Below, in pieces: positions 17,130 to 43,609 of a DNA stretch of 64,000 nt. The stretch's first letter is position 1. Each line of letters begins with the position of its first letter. The translations under genes and the position numbers were made by a program. This DNA is from the human T2T-CHM13v2.0 reference genome, Homo sapiens, in assembly GCF_009914755.1 (NCBI RefSeq), contig NC_060932.1; one strand, 5' to 3'. The notes beneath the pieces were generated by a model. It made no database searches and had not been told where the DNA came from. It saw nothing but the letters and a program-made list of their open reading frames with translations.

Positions 17130-17572
17130 TTTTTAAAAATTCTAAAAACTAATAATAAACGCGCGACTCTGGGGCCACGGACTTTTTTGACAGATCAAAC
17201 AGGAAGAGAAACACTGCACGAAACAGTAGGGGCCAGGCTCTGCCAGCCAATGTGTGACCTCGGCTCCGGCTGTCACTGCAGGCCTCCAGCACCTTCTCTT
17301 CTGTCCTGGGTCACTGTATGAAGACTAAGGATTCGTGGGGAATGTGCTGCTTCCCTTCAGCGCAGGCGCCCGTGCCCGGGGCCAGGTGGGAAGGCAGAAA
17401 AGTCACTGTATGGGGGAAGTAAGGTTGGAGAGGATGCTAGTCATCCAGGCCAAAGTCCCCACTTCACAGGCGAGAAAACTGAGACCACACGAGGAGATGC
17501 GGACGGGGCTGCAGTTCTGACCAGACTCCTGTCTGTCCATCTCGATGACAGTGAGAAGATGAAAAAGGAGGG

Positions 17573-17867
17573 GGCCGGGCGCAGTGGCTCACACTTGTAA
17601 CCCCAGCACTTTGGGAGGCTGCGGCAGGTGGGTCACTTGAATCCAGGAGCTCCAGAACAGCCCGGGCAACACAGGGAAACCCCGTCTCTCCACAAACTTA
17701 GCTAGGCACGGTGGTCCACAGCTGCAGTCTACCTGGGAGGCTGCCCAAAAGGGCTGAGGTGGAGCTCCGGAGCCCGGGGAGGTTGAGGCTGCAGTGAGCC
17801 ATGACTGTGCCACTGCACTCCAGCCTGGGCCATGAGAGTGAGACCCTGTCAAAAAAAGAAAAGAAAA
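17573..17867 (+). mobile_element. Diverged AluJ
   Basis: Dimeric Alu consensus with many substitutions. Confidence 0.88.
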
Positions 17868-17964
17868 GAGGAGAGGGGAGGGGAGGGGAGCAGGGGGAAG
17901 AGGAGGGGAGGGGAGGGGAGCGGAGGCGAGGGGAGGGGAGCGGAGGGGAGAGGAGAGGAGAGAG
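17852..17964. repeat. Polypurine (GGGGA/GGAGA)n tract extending from the Alu tail
   Basis: About 110 bp that is almost purely purine on the + strand. Confidence 0.9.
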
Positions 17965-18871
17965 GTGGGGCTTCCAGTTCCTGATCCAACCCACACAGCC
18001 CGGTTCCTGGCAGACCCAGGGAGGCCTGGCCCACCTCCCACACCCTGCTTCTCCCAGCTCACAACGGGGACACGCGTCAGCACCCTTTGGAAAGAACTAC
18101 TGGCAACCTCAATGACACCACACTCACGCCCATCAGATTTTCTGAGGATTTCAGGAAGTGCAGTGCCATCAGGGGTGAACCAAGTTTAAAATGTTCCAGC
18201 CTGTTCATCTTTAAGCTACACACAAGCCCCAGATTTTAAAAACGCATTGAATCTGAGAGGCCGCCCGTCCACCCTGCTTTGCACGGACAGTTCTTGTGTC
18301 TGCCTTTCGTACCAGGGAAAGCTTACAGGTGCCCACTGCCCTGGAGGAAGCTCCCAGCACAAATGCTAAGTGTCTCCTCACCCTGGGTGCAGCTCTATGG
18401 AGACAGAAACTGGGAGGGCCTGGCGATTTGGTCACAACGTGTAAAGGACCAAGAACAAAGAGTGGTTTCAAGTTCCTAAACTTTTGGAGGAAAAAATTAG
18501 AATAGTGGCTACAGCGAACAAGTGCAGGCCCCTGACCGCAGCAGCAGGCTTGGGGCTCTCAATGTGTGGCGTGGGCCAGCAGATCCCCAGTGAGGAGGAG
18601 AGAGCAACCACAGGCAGCACAGAGCTGGCCACAAACGATAAGGGCAGAGATATGTGAAAGAGGGAGCCATTCCCAACCCAACACTGGGGAGAAAAGAATC
18701 CCTCTTATTTGAAATAACTGTAAGAGATAAACTGCACAAGAGCCTCCAGTTATCTTCCGTATTTGCCATAGGTCATACAGTGTCGCTTCTGCTGAAAGAG
18801 GACCACAAAAAGGATTCTGCTGCAACTGAAAACTCAAGATGCAAAGGGACCTGCCCCAACACTCTGCGTAA

Positions 18872-19577
18872 CAGCCTGGGCAACATGTCAGGACTCCATC
18901 TCTAAAAAAGTAAAACACCTTCGCTGGGCATGGTGGCACATGTCTGCAGTCTCAGCTACTAGGGAGGCTGAGGTGGGAGGGCGGCTTGTGCCCAGGAGTT
19001 TGAGGCCGCAGTGAGCCATGACTGTGTAACTGCACTCCAGCTTGGGCAACAGAGAACAACCCCAACCCTCAGAAACAAACAAAACAAAACACCACTTAAA
19101 TGTGTCAGAATTAAAACCATGAGCAACTGGGTCTCCAAACAGCCCCCCTCAACAAAACGGAGCCCAAAAAACAAAAATTTTGAGCAATGGGGCTCTTTCT
19201 AAAACCATTAAAGAAAAAACGGAGGGGGAGGGGAGGCACGAATGCTCTGAAGAAAAGAGATTTTAAAAGACGTAGGCCGGGCGTGGTGGCTCACGCCTAT
19301 AATCCCAGCACTTTGGGAGGCCGAGGCAGGTAGATCACCTGAGGTTGGGAGTTTGAGACCAGCTTGGCCAACATGGTGAAACCCCATCTCTACCAAAAAT
19401 ACGAAAATTAGCCGGACATGGTGGCTTAGTCCCAGCTCCTCAGGAGGCTGAGGCAGGAGAATCGCTTGAACCCGGGAGGAGGAGGAGGTTGCAGTGAGCC
19501 AAGATGGTACCACTGCACTTCAGCCTGGGTGACAGAGCGAGACTCCGTCTCAAAAAAAAAAAAAAGAAAAAAAAGAA
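18872..19577 (+). mobile_element. Partial AluJ (about 18872-19090) and AluS (about 19275-19577)
   Basis: Alu consensus; the second is flanked by the TSD-like 'aagacgta'. Confidence 0.9.
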
Positions 19578-20831
19578 GACGTAAATATAACAAGTCAAAT
19601 GCAGGGAGAAGAGAGAGGGTGGGCTAGCTTTAGAGGCGGAAGGCAGAGACCCAAATGTGTGTGTGAACTTTGGTTAAAATTCAGGATCCAAAGCACCCAA
19701 CTGGAAACACACTTCTGAGAATATGAGAGAAATTGATCACAGACTGTTAACTGTCATAACGGCACTGGGGTATGTTCAAAACGTCTCCATTGCTTTAGAC
19801 ACGCATATTTAAATATCGAGGTAAAATGACAGGTCTGCAATTCACTTTGGAAAACGTCCACAAAGAAAAGGGGCATATTTGAAGCAAATGTGGAGAACCC
19901 TGATGACTGCTAAAGCTTCCTAATGGATAAATGGAGGGGTATTAAATGAGTCACTCTACTTTTATGTCTTTTCAATTATTTCACAATATTAACTATTTTT
20001 AAAACTCAAATGTTATGTTTTGAAGATTCACAGTAACGATTCGTGAAACAAAACCACATTTTATGAGACTGGACCATTACAGGAGAGCATTCACTGTACA
20101 ACACACAGAGAATAAGCCCAACTGGCATTGTGGAAACTTTTGACATGGAAACTAGAAGTTAAAAAATAATTCTGCTTCTTCAAATTGCACAGGGTTTAGG
20201 AGTTTGGAAGCGTTTACATCTTTTTTTCCTATGCACTTACTTAAATTATTCCCCAAGGTTTATCAAAGACCCAAGGGGGACTCTGCACAAATACCCAGCC
20301 ATGCCGCGATGGCCTCGGCCATGTCAACTGCCCCACGGGTAGAGGGTGATATCCTGCCATGGCAGATGGGCACCAGTATTGGGAGAAGTGGCCATACCTT
20401 CATGGGGACCACTGAGGGAAGGGGGAGAGGGGGCAGGAGGAGTTAAATGGCTCTATAAACCACAGTGAAGGTCAGCTCTTCTCAAAGTCACAATCCTATT
20501 TAGACAACTGTCAAGTCTTAGATGTCACAGAGGTTACTTTGTGGCAAATCTGCGAGGGGTGTAACACACGGGAGCTTGAAAGTGTAGCAAAACCATAAGA
20601 GACAATATCCTGGGGGCAGGCAATCACTAGACACAGATCAAGACCTTTAAATGGTTAAAAAACCAAAAAACTAATTTGTTCATCAGTGAAGGTTCAAGGT
20701 CATTGGAGAATCCACCCATCTTAAACAACTAACTCAGTTCAAAAAACGAAAAAATAGTAACATTTCTAACTTCAGATTCTAAATAGCATTCACATACGTC
20801 ACAGCATTTGTTTGTGATTGGTATAATGTAG

Positions 20832-21188
<357 letters not shown>

Positions 21189-23499
21189 GTAATTTTTCTA
21201 TAATTCAAATTGAATGTCTTATAATTCTAAATTAGAAAGTATAAGATTAAAAAGAGTCTCAATGAAGACTATTCCAAAAATTCCTTTTACACAAAATTAA
21301 AAGCCTTAATGTGTAGCATAAAATGGAACTGCACCACAGACTTATAATTACAGCACGTTTGTACAACCTGAAACTTGGGTTCATTCCCATCCTGCCATTA
21401 GCTATGAATTATCCTGCAGACACATTTATTCTTTCAACCACTGTCCTGTTCCAGAGGGTCCACTCCCTACCAGGCCCACACCAAGGCAACAATCTCCAAA
21501 AAGCAGCGAGTGACAGAAACGAGCCTGTGGATCATGAGGGCCAAGGTACGCTGAAAAATGAAATCGACAAGACAGCATCCCGGGGCAGTGCACACAGTAC
21601 AGCAGTGAGCTGGGGTGGCTTCCTGAAGCCCCGCTGTCAATGACAAGTATGCGGGCAGGTGCTGGTCCAGTCCAGCCCTAACAGAGACTTCTTACTGTGG
21701 GTCTGGGTTATAGGGCTTGAAAGGGACTGCCCTGAGGAAGGCACCCAGAGAACCAGCTCGGAAGTCGGACCGATTGTCCTGATACTCACTCACTGCTGTG
21801 TGACCTTGGTGAAGTTCTCAACCTCTGTGAGCCTCGGCTGTCTGTCTTCACAAACACCACCAACCTCAGCAAGTGGAGTGAATTAAGTAACACGCAAAAC
21901 ACAACACAGAAAGCTTGACCTTCCTTAAAGCCTCTTCACTTTTTCTGGGCCTCCAACTTTTAAAACCGATAACCTGAAAAAATGTAGTGCTGTCAGTCCC
22001 ATAAGCTGGGTTCCTCTACAAAGAGGAGCTGGAAGGTCCCAACTCACAAGGGGATGCCCGGTCCTTTCCCAAGAGGGGGCCTGGCCACCCAAGGCCTCTA
22101 GAGGCCAGCACCTGCTCCAGGACTGCGGCCCCTCCCAGGTGGAGGGGGAAAATCATTCTTCAAACTGCTGATGGCCCTCAGGGGTTGAAAAGTTGGTCAG
22201 ACTCCGCCTTGTTGAAGCTTTCTAAATGACATCAGAAAAAAGACGCGACATTCGCAAGGCACAGAGCCAACAGCTCCAGCAGTGGGGGCCACCATCAACG
22301 GACCAAGGTGGGCCAGGGGGCCTTCCGGACCCCACAATTTGGGGCCGGTCTGCAGCAACGAGGGCAGCATCGGGAATGCGAGCCTCCTCGCCCGGCCGGG
22401 TAAACATAAGCCCAGAGCCCGGCGGGGCCTGCGCCGCCTGCGGCCCGGCTGGGGCCCAGCGGACAAAGGGGAGCAGGCGGTGCCCCGTCCCAGCGGCCAG
22501 GCCGGCCGAGAGAGCCAGGAGCCACGTGCCCGGTGGGAGCACGCCAAAAGCAGGAGAACACCTGACCGTTTTTTTGGCCCACCAAGGAGACCGCCTTCTA
22601 CTCTGCATTTAAAAAGAAAAACAACGCGTTACCGCTTTAAGTTTTTTAGAACTTTTCCAGAGAAAGGCCGACTAGCAACAAGGGGTGCTACAGGAATCCA
22701 CCTCGCCTCACCTCTCCTAGGAAATTGTAAAAGGAATTAGCACTTGAATGGGGAGGCCGGCGTGTCTGGAATGAGAACGAGCCGCGCACGCAGTTTGAGG
22801 GTTCCGGGGAGCCGCGTCCTCCCCTTTCCAGGCGACAGCCCTAACTACAGGAATTGGCCAAAATTCAGCATTTCCAGACTTTCCTTGGGAAAAGGGGCCG
22901 AAGAAGTGCCGGCAACAAGAAGGGCCACAACGGAGCGCGCCACAGACTCACCGCGGCTGGGGTCGGGACCGGCGCAGCCCCCTCCCCTCCCGCCCGTGCG
23001 CGCCCCGAGCCGGGCGCCCCGACCCGGCCTCCACCCGCTCAGGCGCTCAGGGTCAGGCCGGGCCGGGCTGCGGCGCCCCCATCCCCGCCCGGGCAGCGAG
23101 GCCGGGCCAAGCGGGGCGCTCCGGGCCTCGGGCCTACACGCGGCGGCCGCCTCGGCCCCGGCCCCAGCCCGCGGGCCCCGGGCGGGGGATGCGAGGACGC
23201 TGGGACGCGGGCCCGAGGCGCGGGAGGGGCCCAGGCCGCGCGGGGCGCCCCGACGACTCGCGGGGGCCGAGGAGGCCGGGGCTGCGCGTCCAACGCGGGG
23301 CCGAGAAAACGGCCGGCTCGGCCCCGCCGCCGCCGCTCCTCGAGCCCCCAAGCGCGGCCCCGGCTCGCCCGCCCCCGGCCCCCGCCGCCCCGACCCCGCG
23401 GCCCCCCGATCCCCGGCCCCTGCCGCCCGCGCCGGGCCCGCCAACCACGGGCAGGAGCGCGCGAACGGCCGGGCGGGCGCCCCGAGCGCCAGGACTCAC

Positions 23500-23521
23500 C
23501 GGGGCCGGCTCCCGAGTACAT
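23500..23521 (-). CDS. AGO2: Argonaute-2 exon 1 coding part (MYSGAGP + 1 nt, phase 1)
   Basis: Reverse complement reads gccaccATG TAC TCG GGA GCC GGC CCC G|gtgagt. MYSGAGP is the known human AGO2 N-terminus; strong Kozak and consensus donor. Confidence 0.96.
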
Positions 23522-23650
23522 GGTGGCGCCGCCGAGGGGCTCCGGGGCCGAGGGGCGGCCGCGCGCGCGCCACGGGCCCCGACGCCGCGAGCCGCGAGGG
23601 AGCCGCCGGCCGCACGATCCGCCCCGGCGCGGCCGCCTCGCCAAACAGGT
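23522..23650 (-). other. AGO2: AGO2 5' UTR (upstream limit approximate)
   Basis: GC-rich, ATG-free leader upstream of the start codon; TSS inferred from the GC-skew switch near 23650. Confidence 0.6.
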
Positions 23651-24299
23651 TTACCCGACGCGGCCGGGGCGGCGGGCGGAGGCGGCGGCGGGAGCGGGAG
23701 CGGGAGGGGCGGGGGAGGAAGGAGGAGGGAGGGGGAGGGGAGGCGAGGCCGGCGGCGGGAGCGCGCTCGCGGGGGGAGCGGGGCTGGGCGCGCGGGCGGG
23801 GTCCGCGGCGGCGGCGGCGGCGGCGCCGGGTCTGGCGGGGCCTGGGGCGGGGACCCGGGGAGGGGCCCGGAGACCTCGCCGGGCGGTGGGAACCGCGGGC
23901 GGGAGCGGGGACGAGGGCCGAGGGCGGCGCGGCCCGTGTGGCGCGGGGGCGGGCGCGGCCCCGGGGACCCTTCACTGCCACCCAGAGAAGCCGCGTCTTC
24001 CCGACGGGGAGGAGCCGGGCCCCCCGGCTGTGCCGCCGGAGCCGGAGGGGAGGCCACGCGCCCCCGCTTTCCCCGCCGCCCCCCGGTGGGGGGCGCAGAA
24101 CCCTCCCACCCTCAGCCCCTCGGCCCCCAGCCTGGCTCTTTAAGTTACTACAGAAACACGGAGGTCGGGAAGCTCCCTCCCAGCCCGGAGCTTGAACTTG
24201 AACGCGGCCGGCCGCTCGCGCAGGACCACACCGCCACCTCCCGGCGCGGCCCCAGAACCCAGATAATCCGTTTAAAGCACTGAGAAAATCTAAGAAGTT

Positions 24300-26300
24300 T
24301 TTAGTAAACTGTAGCTGGTATCAGGGATCAGATCAGCGGACACGCCCATTCCAGCAGTCAGGGGCCTGCTCGGACCGTCGTGCACCTCCGAGCGTTTCTG
24401 TCCGGTCCCTCTGGGTCCGTCTGGTTTTCGGAGGCTTTCCTGGAAAAGCCAGCCTGTGGCTACCTCCTTTCTCCCCTAAGTGATGGAGGATTAGAAGGCA
24501 GAGGTTGACCCACAATCTAAAGTGCCTGGTCGCCTTTTCCCAGATTTCCCGGAGCATTCCTTCACCCCGTGGCATCGGCTGTCTGCATATGGGTGCAAGG
24601 CCCTGTTCCGGGCGGAGAATAAACAGGAGTTCTGACTGACAGGAGCTCCGCAGCCAGCAGGGTGGTCACTAGTTCTCTGCAGTCTCGGAGGACAGCCCTG
24701 AAGAAGGGCAGGAGAACCAGCACTTCCTCCGAAAACTCAAAAGGACATCAGTCTTCACCAAGTTGCCGATACAAAACGTGCTCCTGAAATGTGTAGTAAT
24801 GAGCACCAGGAAACCTGGGTAGGAGTGTGCATGGCATTCTTCATCACCGCTTGGACTGCATGGCACTGAATACCCACGGAGAGCAGGATGGAGAAACAGT
24901 GTGCTCATATTCACAGGATGGAATCTAGCCATTCACAAAAATTCCAAAACAGGCAAAATTAAACTGCATTCTTTAGGGAAGCATCATTAAGTAGTAAATA
25001 ATTGACAGAAGGGCAAGAAGGTGCTTACTCTAAGTGTCAGAATGGTGGATACAGCTGGGGGTGAGAGGGCTGTGACCACAGCAGGGCCCCTGGGGGATTT
25101 GGGGGTGCCAGGCCTGTTCCTTCCTGCAATGGTGCCCTTTGGCAGCCATCCCTTAAACTGCACTTTTACTTTATATGCTTTTCTGTACCTTTACTGTAGT
25201 ATTTCACGGAAATTTTTAAATAATCATGAATGTTACCACTTTCCTATTTATGAACCATGCAACCTCATCAATCTTCCCAGTTCGCAGATGCCCACCCTCT
25301 CTCTCTGCCCCTGTCTCCTTCACATATCCCCAAAACTCGTTTTGGCCCGAAATCCCTGAGGCCCAACTGCCCTGCTGTCAGCGACTGCACGCCTCAGCAA
25401 AGGCCCAGAAGGCTCTGTCATCACTGGCTGCCCTCAGCCCGCCTTCAGCTCCTTTGAGCGCTGTGTTGGGGAACTTTGTTGCAAGGATTTCGTTCCAGAA
25501 GGCAAGATAATGTCTCTGAGGGCTTCATTGTGTCACTTCTCTTTGGATGGCGGACACCGTGGCCCTCTGCTGGCGGAGGGGTGCCATTGCTGCCTGCCCC
25601 ATCTCTATCCCCAGGGCCCATGCAGTCACTGGGTTCGCCCTCTGGGGCACGGGGTTCCCTCTGCTCTTTTCCTAGATAAGCCCATTCTCTGCAGGTCTCT
25701 ACCCTCCACACCTGTGTTCAGGAATTCAGCCCGCTTCCTGCAGCCCCATCCCTACCCTCCTCCCAACCTGCTTTTCTTCTGGTGTCCCTCACTCAGCATG
25801 GCTAACAGATCCACCACCCAACGGAGCTGAGAACTGCAGTCCCCTCTGCCTGTTACCTCTCCTGCCATTAGTGAACCTGCTTAACTCATCTGACTGTGCG
25901 TCTCGGTGCTTGCTGTGACATGTCTCCAGCCCTTGCTGCTCTGTCCCCCAGACCCACGTCCCACACCCGGATGGTGACTCAGCCGACTCTGGGTCTTCTG
26001 GACCCAGTGCTTCTCCCTGATACAATTCCTTCCTCTGTGTTTTAGGATCCTGATGCTTTGATAAGACCGTGGGCTCTAATCACAGCCAGGGACATTTGCA
26101 GCAGCCTGGCCTGCAGCTCTGCACACTGGGTGCACTCAGTCTAAAGCACCAGCTCCCCATGAGAGAGAAAGAAGGGGTGAGGGGAAGTACAGAGAAAGCT
26201 CCTGAGGCCACAGGGCTGACAAAGCCCTCGGCTTTGGGGGCACTTTGTTTCTTCAAGACTAAAATGCAGGCAATGGAATAAATCATTTGTTCCTAAAACA
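24300..26300 (+). ncRNA. ERICD: Probable divergent lncRNA ERICD (E2F1-regulated inhibitor of cell death); boundaries approximate
   Basis: Recalled position head-to-head with AGO2. Sequence support: G-rich + strand leaving the CpG island, AATAAA at 26277-26282 followed by a T/G-rich stretch, and no long ORF. Confidence 0.55.
24770..25220 (+). mobile_element. L1ME-like 3' fragment
   Basis: 'aaaattccaaaacaggcaaaattaaactgcattctttagggaagcat...ccttaaactgcacttttacttt' resembles an L1ME 3' UTR. Confidence 0.55.
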
Positions 26301-26616
26301 TGTTCTGCACATGATTAAAGCAGCTTTGGGAAGTCAAGTAAATTGGGAAGCACTGGATCAAACAATGATAAATAAGTTTATTGTCTGCAGGCCTTCTCAG
26401 AGCCTGTAGCAAGGTGAGAAGAATCATGCTTCTACAAAGAGGAAGGAGGGCATGAGACAGTATGCAACCTGTCCCAAACCCATTTAGCCACAGAACCCTT
26501 TTTTCACGAGGTACCTCAAGGTTCCGTGGAGCATAATTTAGGAAACACAGAGGTAGAGGTCTTCTATGATCCCTTCCAGCTCTAATAGTCTATGATTCTT
26601 TGAGTAATATATACTT

Positions 26617-30100
<3,484 letters not shown>

Positions 30101-30667
30101 GAAAAGTTGAAAACAGAAGAACAAATGAAAATAAAGATGTACAAAACCTCTGCACAGAAATCTGTGAAACATGACTGAGAATTTCACAATGGAGGGAGAC
30201 AGCATACTCACGGATTGGGACGCTGGGGAGACAGGGAGCGGCACGGCACTGACATCGTGCTTTGTGTTTGTGTTCCGCCAACACTAGCCTAAGGAAGGTA
30301 GATGCCCCGCTTCTCTGAAGAGGCAGCGGGTGGAGTGTGCAGCTCTGGAACCCAGTCCTGGATACCCTGTGAGCCCACTGAGATTGGTGTGGCCTCCTTA
30401 TTGGGAACATGGCTGATTGTGACCAACAATGAGAGCACATATGTTCCGTTCCTGATGAGGGCCTGGTTCCTTAGTGGATACTCTGTACATAACATCCCAA
30501 CACTCTCCTAAGTTCCTCTGTTTCAAGAGCCTGCATTTCCCTGCGGCATTGCACATGGAAGAGGGCCATCAGAATTGAGAAGCATGGGGATACAGTCTAA
30601 TCACATAACAGGACAATTTCAGGCAGTGGGTGGGAGAAGTCACTGTTTCAAACTTTTTGCCATCATC

Positions 30668-32186
<1,519 letters not shown>

Positions 32187-32836
32187 CTCTCATTGAGCTC
32201 ACATATAGAGAAGGGAAGAGTCTTGTTCTGTGTTTCCTGAAGAAGCAGAACTCGGCATGGGTCCATGGGAAGATTACCTAAGAGCCCATGGGATCCTGCA
32301 CTGCCTCCTAAGAGATGCATTTCCATCAAAAGGCAGACAATGGCACAGTGCGCTTCCTTGGCCCAAGTACCTGTTCTAGGCACTGCATGAGTATTTACTC
32401 ATTCAAGCCTCAGAGCACATACCCTCATCCTATGATGAGAAACTGAGGCAGAGGGATCCCACAGCCAAGCTGGAAACCCAGCAGCTTGGTCCCAACAGGT
32501 ACAGTGGCACGATGACACCAGGGAGCCTGTAGCTGATCTCTGGGTTTCTTCTGACTCCACCATACAATGAATGCACTCGGCATGGGCAGTCTTCAAACAG
32601 TTTTGTTTACATACCCCCAAATGTCATTTTAAATGTTTTTTTACCCCCCTTACACATTAAGTTGACACCTAAAATATTATGTAAGTTTAAATAGTTACAA
32701 AGAACATAACTTCTGGAACATTGTAAATATTGACACTTAAAAATAAAACTGTCATCTCACTTAAAAAAATGTAACCAGATGGAACAGAAAAATACCATAT
32801 CGATTTGATATCTTATATAATCCATTCAAAACAGTG

Positions 32837-33468
<632 letters not shown>

Positions 33469-34161
33469 TACCTGAGCCACCTCTTCTTTAATATTTCACA
33501 TCACTCTTTTCCTCACAGGACCCATTTTCCATTTTAATTCTTCCACATATTTTTATCCTAAGGAGATATTTTTATGTTTGAAAATCTTATTGATTATGCT
33601 ATATACTTGTCTACAACAAAAAGTATATATAAATTGAAATCTGAAATTTTTATTTCCTGTGAGACCAAGTGTTAGAAAACATTCTTCTGGGCTTACTTAT
33701 CATTACAACTGTCAGAACACAACTAATCAAACACAAATATATTACAAAGTTTGAATAATAATTATTAGTCATGAAAGTGTCACTCATTAGTCATACATTT
33801 TTGTTGGAAATAATCTCTTAAGGAAAATAGTGGACTTTTCTTTTTCTAATTCCCAGACTCAGGAAGAACCGGATGACCCATTGCTGGAGTCAGGGCTCTT
33901 CAACAATTCTTTTCCCGTTCCCCATGTTTTTGAATGTCAGTGCTTACAGCTGCGGTCCCAGGAAGCGTGGGTGAGAATGGAAGGAAATTCTGTTACAGTG
34001 ACTCAGTGCTCTGACCCCTCCCAGGATATCCTCCAGAACTCGCATGCTGCTCTCCTACCGACAGTCCTGGGTGAGAACCCACAGCTGGCGACTCAGCCAT
34101 CCTGCCTCAGGGTGATGGAAGCTACAACTGAAGTCACCTGGCTTTCAAAAGGTTCTTTTGT

Positions 34162-34567
<406 letters not shown>

Positions 34568-34859
34568 TTACCCCAGTGGCGCTGAGCTCAACCGTCTGAC
34601 TGTCAACGGTCGACAGGATGTCAGCAGTCCTGCCCTCAGAGGCTTACATGCAGTTGCCCCGTCTGGTTGCCAGGTTGGTCTCAGCCAGGTGGCCTAGAGA
34701 AACCTTCCTCCCTGCATCTTCCTCAGCCTGGTCGCTGAGGGCATGTGAAGCCAGGTCCATCTGGAGGCAGAGCCTCCCAGCCACACGCAGCTGCACCAGC
34801 TAATGCACAGAGGTGGAGTGAGGGGAACACGTGTTGTTACACAGCAGAAGCTGAGTCAA

Positions 34860-37500
<2,641 letters not shown>

Positions 37501-37657
37501 AAAAGAATTTTCTGAGGCTGATATCTAATATTAATTTAAAAGGATCAAGTTTAACCTAATATGTTCAGTAAGGTGTGAGGAACATAAAAATACTGTTGTA
37601 TCATTTACATCTTTGCCAATAAATTTTTGTTGAGGAGTCTCACTCTGTCGGAGTTAA

Positions 37658-39905
<2,248 letters not shown>

Positions 39906-41049
39906 CTGTTTGTTTGCAGAAAGATAACAAATTAAAGCCAGGCATGATTCAAAAGTTTTAAACAACGCACACAGCCCTCCTTATTGCTACACCTGGTCAT
40001 TGCTGAACCTGGTCAAAGCCTGAAAGCCAGGACACCTGGGGGCTGGGTTCCAGCGCCAAGGTGACCTAAGAATTTAAACTCCCAAACCCCCATTTCCAAG
40101 TGAAGAGATTAAACCCTCCTGCCTTAGTGGGTCACTGTTAGAGGACAGTGCCTGGCACACGTGAACTCAGTATTAGCTGTTGTCATTGAGAGAGAACATG
40201 AGGGACAACTAAAGGACAAAGGATGTGTCACTTTAGGTGGAGATCAGAGCCCTCTGGGCTCGTCATTCCAGCATGTCCACTCATCTGCAAAAGGTTAGAC
40301 CTGGACGAAAGACCTCTGGGGCACATCACCAGTGCCTTTTTACTTTGGCATTGAGCTTTGATTTTACTGGGTTGTGTGGATGGGAAACCCAACCAAATAT
40401 GGCAATTCTGATATTGTCAGGTATCAGATCGTTTCAAAATGTAATATGTGGGGTCTTCATCCCTGGGGAGAATCTGGGAGAGGCATTTGGCCTAGTGGTT
40501 ATGTTACAGTCCTAAACATGAGGCCGACCCAGCTTCCAACCCAGTTCTGGCACCTACCTACTCACTACGTGGCTGTCAGATTACTGTGTAACTGTTTCTT
40601 CACCTGTGAACCAGGGATAAGCATCGTACCACTCAGGTGGTGTGAGTTGAACTAGAGGCTGCTGCTGACAGCGTCCTTTATACTTCAGTGGACCACAAAA
40701 ACACCAAGCATGGGTCTTCCCACAACCTCCCCGGCTCTTCTCATCCCAACCTCAGCCCATCTCCACTCCTACTATGGCCAAATCCACACTTCCTTCCAGG
40801 CCTCAGGCATTACCTACAGCTTCTCATTTTGTTCTGGAACTTTGACCTTAATAGGCTAGAATGGTCTCCACCCTCTGACTCCTACACTTTGTAGTGTGCA
40901 ACCCATGGTACCTAGTCAGTTGCAATGTATAACCCTAGTATATAATAATCTGTAATACTCAATCTCTGGTGCGGTTAGCTGGTGTACAATCTGCAGTGCA
41001 TAGTTAGCTGTACTGTATGACCCCTGTATATAATAAACCGTGGTTGTTG

Positions 41050-43578
<2,529 letters not shown>

Positions 43579-43609
43579 AAGATCTTCTTTTTAAAAAAGA
43601 AGTTCATGT

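Larger units (their letters stand above)
22250..24450. promoter_or_regulatory. AGO2: CpG island and promoter of AGO2, probably bidirectional
   Basis: Very high GC and CpG density, many GC boxes (gggcgg), GGCGGGAG E2F-like motifs, (GCG)7 at 23805-23825; surrounds AGO2 exon 1. Confidence 0.93.

Noticed and set aside
22197-24283. Multiple 100-480 aa overlapping ORFs rich in R, G, P and A
   Set aside because: Expected stop-codon depletion in a very GC-rich CpG island; only the 22-nt AGO2 start is credible.
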